Origin: a virus
Direction: 5' to 3' (one strand)
IMG/VR virus record: IMGVR_UViG_3300045988_183636
DNA: 64,000 nucleotides
Positions 38,169 to 46,071 of this stretch are shown here, one piece after another. Both the position numbers and the translations under genes were made by a program. The notes beneath the pieces are model-generated. The model was given only the letters and a program-made list of their open reading frames with translations, did no database searches and had not been told where the DNA came from. The first letter of the stretch is position 1, and the number at the start of each line of letters is the position of its first letter.

Positions 38169-38316
38169 GTAAAGGTCATAAACCGAGCTGCCAGGGTTAT
38201 CGGCTGGCAGAAATCTTTTCGATATTTGTTTACACTCCGGGGAAACCCGGAAGGGGTAGTGAGGACGCAGCGTGTGCTGTTTCCGGGTTCGATTCCCGGG
38301 TATCCCTTTTGACTGC
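38169..38316 (+). ncRNA. conserved structured 5' leader, copy C (tRNA-like minihelix GGGTA..CCGGGTTCGATTCCCGG..TATCCC), part of a ~420 nt 5' UTR
   Basis: near-identical to copies A and B over ~95 nt, then a hairpin plus acceptor/T-arm module. Confidence 0.5.
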
Positions 38317-38585
38317 CACATACGGTCTTCTCAAAATTCAGCCGTCTGCGGCCTGTGGAACTTTCCACTGGACCAAAATAACGATAACCGCCAGAATAAC
38401 AGCAGCGTGCGTTGGCGTGAGAACTATCGGCGCACAGGGATTACTCCTTTCATATTTATCTATCAAACCTTTCCGTACATCGTATGGAAAGGTTATGGGA
38501 CAGCAGGTGCATAGACATGAACTATTCCGGGATCGTTTCCCGGATGTTCCATTTTTAAAACATTAAAACAAATCATAGGAGGGAA

Positions 38586-39314
38586 TTGATGATGGAGAAA
38601 GAAGTAGTATATGTTGCAGAACTGGATTCCGATGTTGATGATGTCGTTGCGGCACATTACTTATTTAACGAGGGTGTGTTAAAGTGTGTAGTATGCGATC
38701 CATATCCAAGAACACCGGAGGGGTTGGCACGAAAGGGAAAGCTGGAAGCGCTTGGCATCGATGTGGTTAAGAAAATGCCACCGGTTGCAAAATATGTGTT
38801 TGTTGGCGGCGCTCTTACGGCTGTTGCTGGCTATATCCGGATGCACCATGTCGACTGGCTGGTAATGAACGGAGGCTTTGTTGGAGCAAATATTGCGACC
38901 TTTGAACTGGATAAGTTCAAGGGGAAGAACACTGTCCGTACCTTCAATTTCAACTGCGATGTTGTGGCTGCAGATACGGTTTTGAAAACTGATGAGAAGC
39001 ATATTTCTCATATTGTTCTTGTCGGAAAAAACGTCTGCCATGACGTCCGAAATACGAAAAATGGTCTCTGGAGTGGCGAGAAATACAAGAAATTGTTCGA
39101 TGAGTACCGGGTTAAGGATGAGAAGCGTCAACACGACTTGCTTGCCTGCCATGAGGGGCTTGCATTTCTGCGGGGAACCAATGCGATCTGTGAGTATGAG
39201 ATGGTAAGACCATACAACACAGGCTTGAATGGCAAGCTGACGCAGTGGGGTAGCACAAAAACCATGGAAACACCATATCGCGAAGTGCTTGCTGCTGTTG
39301 GCTACCAGAATTAA
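38586..39314 (+). CDS. hypothetical protein (possible Rossmann-like fold)
   Basis: RBS TAGGAGGGAATTG; 242 aa; stop abuts CRISPR mini-array 3. Confidence 0.55.
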   Translation: MMMEKEVVYVAELDSDVDDVVAAHYLFNEGVLKCVVCDPYPRTPEGLARKGKLEALGIDVVKKMPPVAKYVFVGGALTAVAGYIRMHHVDWLVMNGGFVGANIATFELDKFKGKNTVRTFNFNCDVVAADTVLKTDEKHISHIVLVGKNVCHDVRNTKNGLWSGEKYKKLFDEYRVKDEKRQHDLLACHEGLAFLRGTNAICEYEMVRPYNTGLNGKLTQWGSTKTMETPYREVLAAVGYQN

Positions 39315-39316
39315 AA

Positions 39317-39420
39317 GCTGCATCATGTGCGGGGGTGTATGGATTGAAATGTCGGAGTATGGGTAAGAATCATATATATTCCTACGTTGTGCTCCTCCCG
39401 GTTGGTGCACGGGTTGAAAT
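39317..39420 (+). CRISPR. CRISPR mini-array 3 (2 divergent repeats, 1 spacer)
   Basis: GCTGCATCATGTGCGGGGGTGTATGGATTGAAAT ... GTTGTGCTCCTCCCGGTTGGTGCACGGGTTGAAAT. Confidence 0.5.
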
Positions 39421-39651
39421 ATAGTTCTAAAAATGGTTGGAAGACCTGTTTTTTGGTTACACCCATTGTCAGCTGTAAACCACAGTTAAGGCTTTCGGAT
39501 GCGGTTAAAGTTTAAAAAGGCAACACCGCCAGATGGCTGTTCCTTTCGCGCCCTGAGATCAAGAAATCATTATGGGGCGGGCACTTACCAAATGAACTTG
39601 AAAGAAAGATCTACGTGGAATCCATGATCCACAGGACAAAGGATAATCCCA

Positions 39652-40008
39652 TTGTCCTTTATGACTTTGATGACAGGTTTTACCAGTGCATGTACATGCT
39701 CCACTATGCGTGAAGATGGCACAGTCGCTGAAAGACGGTTCTTAAAACTCCCGGCAGAATACGACTCTCTGCAACATAAGATCGATCATATCAAACGTGC
39801 ACGGCACCATGGTTCCAGACGTGTTTCAAACCTCTGGGCATATGCAGACGACGTCAATAAAGACATTGTTGTAAAAACAGCCCAGTTTGTTACGGATACT
39901 GCCGTGCTGCATGTTAACAGCATGCAGTTGCGGTGTTATCACTGTGTCCTCAGTCAGCGAGTCCATACGGGAAAACAGGTATGGAAGCACGCGAATTTAG
40001 TCATGTGA
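39652..40008 (+). CDS. hypothetical protein
   Basis: 118-aa ORF without a clear RBS; low-complexity N-terminus. Confidence 0.25.
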   Translation: MSFMTLMTGFTSACTCSTMREDGTVAERRFLKLPAEYDSLQHKIDHIKRARHHGSRRVSNLWAYADDVNKDIVVKTAQFVTDTAVLHVNSMQLRCYHCVLSQRVHTGKQVWKHANLVM

Positions 40009-40118
40009 GACTTCACGGCCGGCCGCCGAAAGGACGTACACTACAAAAGCCTTTTGCACCTGACTTTTCTGTGGTATACTGAAAATATAAAAGATATTTC
40101 AAGGAGAAGGCAGAGAAA

Positions 40119-40991
40119 ATGAGAAAAAGTGTGAAAGATTTTGGAAATTTTGTAAGAAAAGACAATTACCCGGAGCTTCCAGAAGAATTGAAAGAATTTA
40201 ACTATTTTTTGAGTGATGGCGAGACGGGACATGTGATCATGGCTGTGCCTGAGCACACTTTGAATAAAGCAGAAGAAAATGTGGATGAACTGGATGATTA
40301 CGAATGTCCAGTTCCAGTGGCATATGTTCTTAAGAATGGCTATCGGCTGTATAAGAACCATGTAATATGCCAGGTTCCGTACGATGAGAAACTGGGGGTG
40401 CGTATTCCGGAAGAATATTACGAACCGTCGATTATTTCTACAGATGCCGGGGAAGCAGAGAATCCGGTGTCCGGAGAGTTCCCTTATGAGAAAAGGAAAT
40501 GCTATCCAGAATTTGCAAACCATGCAGAAGCTGTAGTTGCGGATATCGTTAAGGATTACGTGCAGATCCGCGTATTTTTTAAAAATCCTACAGAAAACGA
40601 GATTGCACAGTTTTCTCCGGATGCCAGACTGAAAATTCGTTTTACGGAGATGGATGGAACCTGTCTGTTTACCGTTAAAGCTGGTGATTTGTCATGGATG
40701 GATGCACCATACCATGCAAAACTTGCAAAAGATTTGTCTGGATTCGACTTTACAGGTGAAAGTGAGATTCCGTTATATCTCCTCCTGATCGACTCATCGA
40801 ATGGTGAGGTCAAAGCGGTTCGAAATGTCCAGTTGTCAGAAGAGTTTTCCAGCAAATTGAGAAATCTGGTGGATCGTCAGGTCAACTCTGATTTTGATAA
40901 AAAGAAATATGCGGATATATTGTCCAACATTTATCTCCTTTTTTCATCGGATGAGCTGGCGGATGCCAGCACCATTAAGTGTCAGTGGTAG
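40119..40991 (+). CDS. hypothetical protein
   Basis: RBS CAAGGAGAAGG; 290 aa; stop abuts CRISPR mini-array 4. Confidence 0.55.
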   Translation: MRKSVKDFGNFVRKDNYPELPEELKEFNYFLSDGETGHVIMAVPEHTLNKAEENVDELDDYECPVPVAYVLKNGYRLYKNHVICQVPYDEKLGVRIPEEYYEPSIISTDAGEAENPVSGEFPYEKRKCYPEFANHAEAVVADIVKDYVQIRVFFKNPTENEIAQFSPDARLKIRFTEMDGTCLFTVKAGDLSWMDAPYHAKLAKDLSGFDFTGESEIPLYLLLIDSSNGEVKAVRNVQLSEEFSSKLRNLVDRQVNSDFDKKKYADILSNIYLLFSSDELADASTIKCQW

Positions 40992-41011
40992 GTAAGAAGA
41001 TATACTTTACT

Positions 41012-41230
41012 GTTGCGCCCCATTGGGTGCATGGGTTGAAATCTTTATGACCTTCTGAAAAGTGAGGGCATCTTAGTTGCACCCCCGCAAGGGATGTATG
41101 GGTTGAAATTCAATAGAAACAGATGCATTCGAAGGCGTTACAAGTTGCACCCCGCGAGGGGTGTATGGGTTGAAATTGCAGAAAGCTCAGGATTGGAAGG
41201 TTGCATCCTATGGGATGCATGGATTGAAAC
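41012..41230 (+). CRISPR. CRISPR mini-array 4 (4 divergent repeats, 3 spacers; spacer 2 is almost identical to array-1 spacer 2)
   Basis: GTTGCGCCCCATTGGGTGCATGGGTTGAAAT / GTTGCACCCCCGCAAGGGATGTATGGGTTGAAAT / GTTGCACCCCGCGAGGGGTGTATGGGTTGAAAT / GTTGCATCCTATGGGATGCATGGATTGAAAC. Confidence 0.65.
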
Positions 41231-41261
41231 GAACATATTTGTTATTATTTATTATTGAGAT

Positions 41262-41304
41262 CAGAAAGGTCTGCAGTCAGTTAATCTGGCTGCAGATTTT
41301 TTTT
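41262..41304 (+). terminator. rho-independent terminator
   Basis: tctgcagtcagttaatctggctgcagatttttttt. Confidence 0.6.
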
Positions 41305-41333
41305 GCAATTTTTTAAAAATTTTCCAAAATCTT

Positions 41334-41365
41334 TTGACGATTTTTTAAAAGGCGCAATATACATA
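41334..41365 (+). promoter_or_regulatory. class-1 promoter driving an ORF-less transcript
   Basis: ttgacgattttttaaaaggcgcaatatacata. Confidence 0.55.
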
Positions 41366-41369
41366 TTGA

Positions 41370-41570
41370 AGGGATAAACAGGGGCTTACCGTTTGTTTCT
41401 TCAATAAGAGTTTTTCTCTTATATGCCTCCTTAAGTTTCCTGCGCTGCATTTACAGCATTTTGGCAGCGCAGGGGGAATCCACAGGACTGCATTTGACGT
41501 TGTGTGGCGGCCTGCTCATCCGGTTCAACCCCGGAGGATTCCCTTACCGCTTATTTTTGCGGAGACAAAA
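41370..41570 (+). ncRNA. putative small non-coding RNA with a tRNA-like module (7-bp acceptor-like stem GGAATCC/GGATTCC, T-arm TCCGG-TTCAACC-CCGGA) and a terminal hairpin
   Basis: promoter to terminator-like hairpin with no ORF; the T-arm region ctgctcatccggttcaaccccggaggattccc is homologous to ctgttcatccggttcgagttcggaggattcc in the leader at 10925. Confidence 0.4.
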
Positions 41571-41595
41571 ATTTTAAAAAATATTCAAAAATTCT

Positions 41596-41626
41596 TTGAC
41601 GATTTTTTAAAAGGCGCAATATGTGT
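41596..41626 (+). promoter_or_regulatory. class-1 promoter of the cas operon
   Basis: ttgacgattttttaaaaggcgcaatatgtgt; its first ~40 transcribed nt duplicate those downstream of the 41334 promoter. Confidence 0.6.
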
Positions 41627-41668
41627 ATTGAAGGAATAAACAGGGGCTTGCCGCTGTTGATTACCAGA

Positions 41669-41700
41669 GTTAAAAGTTGTGCCCCTATGGGGTGCATGGG
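41669..41700 (+). promoter_or_regulatory. degenerate CRISPR-repeat-like sequence in the cas5 5' UTR
   Basis: GTTGTGCCCCTATGGGGTGCATGGGTAATAAG has the repeat hairpin but a mutated 3' handle; sits 16 nt before cas5. Confidence 0.5.
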
Positions 41701-41715
41701 TAATAAGAGAAAGGA

Positions 41716-42390
41716 ATGGAAAAAGAAAAAATGGGAGTGAAACTAAAAGTCTGGGGAGATTACGCATTGTTCACCAGACCAGAACTGAAAACTGAACGGT
41801 ATACATACGATGTGATGACACCGTCGGCGGCTAGAGGAATTCTGGAATCTATCTACTGGCATCCGGGACTTCGGTGGTATGTAGACAAGATTCATGTATT
41901 AAATCCGATTGCCACTACGAGCGTGAGAAGAAATGAACTTCTCAGTAAGATACCAAAGTCAAATATGCTGCAGGCATACAACGGCGGGGATGTGAAACTG
42001 TATAACTCGTCAAGAGACGATATTATCCAGAGGGCATCTGTTATTCTCCGGGATGTCTGCTATGTGATTGAGGCGCATTTTGAAATGACAGGGAAAGCGA
42101 GCCCAACAGACAGCCCGGCAAAGTTTATAAGTATCTTTAACAACAGGGCAAGAAAAGGGGCATGTTATTCGATGCCGTATTTTGGTGTAAGGGAATTCCC
42201 GGCACACTTTGAACTCTGCGAAGGAGATGAAAAGATCCCATCCTACTATGAAGGACTTCCGGATAAAGATCTCGGGCTGATGCTTTATGATCTGGATTAC
42301 TCCTGCGGTAGAGATATCCAGCCAATGTATTATCATGCGATTATGAAAAACGGCGTTATTGACGTTGGGAACAGTGAGGTGCTTCGATGA
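41716..42390 (+). CDS. cas5: Cas5c (Cas5d) of type I-C CRISPR-Cas
   Basis: KLKVWGDYALFTRPELKTERYTYDVMTPSAARGILESIYWHP matches the Cas5d N-terminal signature; start may be the second ATG at 41731. Confidence 0.8.
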   Translation: MEKEKMGVKLKVWGDYALFTRPELKTERYTYDVMTPSAARGILESIYWHPGLRWYVDKIHVLNPIATTSVRRNELLSKIPKSNMLQAYNGGDVKLYNSSRDDIIQRASVILRDVCYVIEAHFEMTGKASPTDSPAKFISIFNNRARKGACYSMPYFGVREFPAHFELCEGDEKIPSYYEGLPDKDLGLMLYDLDYSCGRDIQPMYYHAIMKNGVIDVGNSEVLR

Positions 42391-44126
42391 TCCTTCAGTC
42401 ACTTGTGAAATTATATGAAACACTTGCGGATCAGGGAAAAGTGTCCCGTCCTGGCTGGTGTAATGCAAAGGTATCCTATGCGGTGGTTTTAAACCATGAT
42501 GGGACGATTAAAGATATTGTTTCCGTGAAACAGAAAGTGAAGAGAGGAAAGAAGACTGTTGAAATTCCAATAATTATGCAGGTTCCAGAGATGGTCACCC
42601 GCGCTAACAACATTGCCTCCAGCTTTCTCTGCGAAAATGCAAAGTATCTCTTTGGGATTGACGAAAAGATGAGTTTGCGTACACTGGAATGTTTTAAGGC
42701 GGCAAAGAAAAAACATCTTGATATTCTTGATGTTGTGGATTCACCTGTAGCACAGACGGTATGTAACTTTTTCCGTTCATGGGATCCGGAACAGGCGTTG
42801 GATCAACCGGCTGTTGCAAAACTTGCAGAAGAGTTTTATAAAGGCGGAAACCTCGTTTTTGAAGTAGATGGGGAATATGTGCATGATAATGAAGAAGTCC
42901 GCAGGGCATGGATGGATTACAGCAGTGTACCATATGAAATGGTAACTGGAAGATGCCTTATTACTGGAGAGGAAGCGGAGATTGCCCGCACGCACGGGAA
43001 AATCAAAGGAGTTCCGGGAGCACAGTCATCTGGCGCGTCGCTTGTATCATTTAACGGAGCATCCCTTGAGTCTTATGAAAAAACACAGAGCTACAACGCG
43101 CCGATTAGCACCTATGCGGCGTATGCATATGTGACCGCGCTGAATTACTTGCTTTCTACGGACGGGTATCACAGCAAGGTAGGAGGTTCCATGGTGGTTT
43201 TCTGGACAGATTCCGGGGATGTGGATGATGTGAGCAGACTGCGGAAGATGATGGGAAGCATCAATGAAAAGGATCACACCCCTACAGATACGGATGAAAA
43301 ACTGTACGTCCTCTGCCTTGCACCAAATGCCGGGCGAATTGCAGTCCGGTTCTTCTATGAGGATGCGATCGGGGTAATCTGGGAAAACCTGTCCGAACAT
43401 GCCAGTCGGATGAAGATTGTAAAACCAGTATTTGAGGATCAAGAATTTATCAATATCTGGCAGATGCTCATGGAGACAGTCAACCAGAATCTTACAGATA
43501 AAACACCTGTCCCGCATATGTCAGCAATGACGTTACAGTCAGTCATTTCGGATACACCGTATCCGCAGAGTCTGTATGCAGGTGTGTTATCTCGTATCCG
43601 CGCGGAGCACAAAGGTGTTACTTACAGAAAAGCATCGATTATTAAAGCTTTTTTAATAAAGAACTACAAATGGGAGGAAGGAAAAAATATGGAAGCATTA
43701 AATGAAGGCTGTAAGGATCGGGCATATATCCTTGGAAGACTGTTTGCGGTTATGGAAAAGGCACAGAAAGAAGCAGTTGGCAATATCAACCAGACAATTT
43801 GTGATAAGTTTTACAATTCCGCGTGCACAACACCAAGATCGATCTTTCCAGTACTGATCAGGCTATCTAACAGTCATTTAAGTAAGTTGAAACGGACAAA
43901 ACCGGGGAGAGGATATTATTTTACAGCTAAAATGCAGGATTTAATGGATAAAATTCCGGTAACAGATGATGATCCGGGATTCCCGCGGCGTTTCTCATAT
44001 GAGGATCAGGGTAAGTTTGCACTTGGTTATTATCATCAGATGCGGGCGGAATATACAAGCAGTAAGTTAAAAGATAATGATTCAGAAGGTGATCAGACAA
44101 ATGCAGAGAATATGGAGGAAAACTAA
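42387..44126 (+). CDS. cas8c: Cas8c (Csd1) large subunit, type I-C
   Basis: MILQSLVKLYETLADQGKV... N-terminus; 579 aa; 4-nt overlap with cas5; position between cas5 and cas7. Confidence 0.75.
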   Translation: MILQSLVKLYETLADQGKVSRPGWCNAKVSYAVVLNHDGTIKDIVSVKQKVKRGKKTVEIPIIMQVPEMVTRANNIASSFLCENAKYLFGIDEKMSLRTLECFKAAKKKHLDILDVVDSPVAQTVCNFFRSWDPEQALDQPAVAKLAEEFYKGGNLVFEVDGEYVHDNEEVRRAWMDYSSVPYEMVTGRCLITGEEAEIARTHGKIKGVPGAQSSGASLVSFNGASLESYEKTQSYNAPISTYAAYAYVTALNYLLSTDGYHSKVGGSMVVFWTDSGDVDDVSRLRKMMGSINEKDHTPTDTDEKLYVLCLAPNAGRIAVRFFYEDAIGVIWENLSEHASRMKIVKPVFEDQEFINIWQMLMETVNQNLTDKTPVPHMSAMTLQSVISDTPYPQSLYAGVLSRIRAEHKGVTYRKASIIKAFLIKNYKWEEGKNMEALNEGCKDRAYILGRLFAVMEKAQKEAVGNINQTICDKFYNSACTTPRSIFPVLIRLSNSHLSKLKRTKPGRGYYFTAKMQDLMDKIPVTDDDPGFPRRFSYEDQGKFALGYYHQMRAEYTSSKLKDNDSEGDQTNAENMEEN

Positions 44127-45039
44127 GATGAGCACACCAATTAAGAACAGATATGATTTCGTAGTATTATTCGACGTAGAGAATGGAAATCCGAACGGTG
44201 ATCCGGATGCCGGAAATATGCCGAGAGTTGATCCAGAGACTGGCATCGGGCTTGTGACAGATGCCTGCATAAAGCGCAAGATCCGTAATTATGTGGAAAC
44301 TGTAAAAGAAGATGCAGCCGGGTTCAAGATCTATATTAAAGAGGGGGTCCCGCTGAACCGGAGTGACCTTAAGGCAGTCGAAAGTCTTGGTATTGACGTC
44401 GGTGACGACAAAAATGCACTTGAAGATGTAAAGAAGCTGAAAAAGACAGATGAAGATGTGGATCTTAAGCTCCGTGACTATATGTGTAGTAATTTCTATG
44501 ATATCCGTACATTTGGTGCTGTCTTGACTACCTTTACAAAGGCGGCATTAAACTGTGGGCAGGTACGTGGCCCGGTACAGATTGGTTTTGCAAAAAGTAT
44601 TGATCCTGTTTTCAGCCAGGATATTACTGTAACCAGAGTTGCAATCACAACGGAAAAGGATGCGGAAAAGAAAAATACAGAAATGGGAAGAAAGAGTATT
44701 ATTCCTTATGGACTTTACCGTGTGGAGGGATATATTTCTGCTAATCTTGCCCGTAAGACCACCGGCTTTTCTGAAGACGATCTGGAACTGCTTTGGGAAG
44801 CAATCATTAACATGTTTGAGAATGACCATTCCGCAGCACGCGGGAAGATGGCAGTGCGTGAGCTCATCGTATTCAAGCATAACAGCGAGCTTGGCAATTG
44901 TCCATCGTACAAACTGTTTGAAACTGTTGATGTTAAGAAGAATGATGGTGTTGAGTTTCCTCGTAAATATTCCGATTATGCAGTGACTATTCATGAGGAT
45001 GCGATTCCGGATGGCGTGACAATGACTCGCAAAATCTAA
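44127..45039 (+). CDS. cas7: Cas7c (Csd2) backbone subunit, type I-C
   Basis: RYDFVVLFDVENGNPNGDPDAGNMPR signature; RBS GGAGGAAAAC before ATG 44127 (the ORF-track start at 44077 is inside cas8). Confidence 0.8.
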
Positions 45040-45289
45040 AAAGATTTCCAGAGATTACAAGGCAACCCGCGTTTTGCGGGCTGCATCTGCTTGGGTTATG
45101 CCGAAATGTAGAATTCCGGTGCGAACTGAAAGCTTACATAGCTTCTCTGGGAGACTCGCACCGGAAATGGAGGTATTAGTGTACAAAAAGAACACAAAAC
45201 CCAACTGTATAAGGCCGTTTGAGAACAATTAATTAGAGGAATTGTTTATATTTTGGCGATCGGGAGAGTTGTTTCTGTTCACTTTTACA

Positions 45290-46001
45290 GCTACGCCCCA
45301 TGGAGGGGCGTATGGATTGAAAATACCGCAACAATTAAAGGCAATGAAAATCTTGTACGCTACGCCCCATGGAGGGGCGTATGGATTGAAAATGATTGTT
45401 ATTGTTTTTTATTCATGGAGAGGAAAGCTACGCCCCATGGAGGGGCGTATGGATTGAAAAGTAAGGTTTCGTCTCGAAGCCTTTATTCTGTTTTGCTGCG
45501 CCCCATGGAGGGGCGTATGGATTGAAATACCAAAATCTTTTGACATTCTTATAAATGGTAACAGCTACGTCTTATGGGGTACGTATGGATTGAAATCATA
45601 ATAATTGTAGAGATCTCAATACAAAATAAAGCTGCGTCTCATGGAATACGTATGGATTGAAATGAAAAGGCGAGTTTGCGAAAGCAGATATTGGAATGTT
45701 GCGTCTCGTGGAGTACGTATGGATTGAAATTCCAACTTTAACTACATAACTATCCTGATAAACTTGCTGCACCCCATGGAGAGTGTATGGATTGAAATTT
45801 AAAAAATCATGGATAACATCTGCGATAAGACGTTGCACCTCGCTAGGGGTGTATGGGTTGAAATTTCCATAATCGGTAGCCAATTATTATCATTAGGTGT
45901 TGCACCCCATAGAGGGTGTATGGATTGAAATTATATAAAAATGATGAATATGTAAAAAAAATAAAAGAGTTACGCTCCATGGAGTGCGTATGGCTTGAAA
46001 C
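45290..46001 (+). CRISPR. main type I-C CRISPR array (11 repeats, 10 spacers), leader-proximal repeats conserved and distal repeats degenerate
   Basis: consensus GCTACGCCCCATGGAGGGGCGTATGGATTGAAAAT; spacers 33-36 nt; the last repeat GTTACGCTCCATGGAGTGCGTATGGCTTGAAAC lies 70 nt before the 46072 CDS. Confidence 0.85.
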
Positions 46002-46071
46002 CTCTTATTTTTTTAAAGATATCACAATTACGCCCAAAGTGGGCTTACGTAAATTTAAAGGAGAAAAGTAC

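Noticed and set aside
21661-38316. T-arm-containing 3' ends of leaders A, B and C as genuine tRNA genes
   Set aside because: Only about 50 nt lie between the paired acceptor-like strands, there is no anticodon arm or D-arm, and in copy A the 5' strand does not pair cleanly; treated as tRNA-like minihelices instead
38679-39410. 243-aa minus-strand ORF antisense to the 38586 gene
   Set aside because: No RBS or promoter motif, low-complexity His/Gln/Pro-rich translation, and the + strand gene has a strong RBS and conserved leader upstream
39652-40008. Interpretation of the 118-aa ORF as a TnpB C-terminal remnant
   Set aside because: Similarity to the TnpB zinc-finger region is too weak (no CxxC...CxxC pattern), so it is kept only as a low-confidence hypothetical
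42010-44994. Antisense and internal ORFs within cas5/cas8/cas7 (42010..42468, 42137..42325, 42489..42716, 42694..42933, 42777..42995, 43047..43517, 44082..44279, 44548..44994, 44639..44986, 44715..44912)
   Set aside because: They overlap strongly supported cas genes and lack their own initiation signals
45242-45883. ORFs 45242..45457, 45253..45525 (+) and 45596..45883 (-) from the six-frame track
   Set aside because: They lie entirely inside the main CRISPR array and their translations are made of repeated ATPHGGAYGLK-type peptides from the repeats
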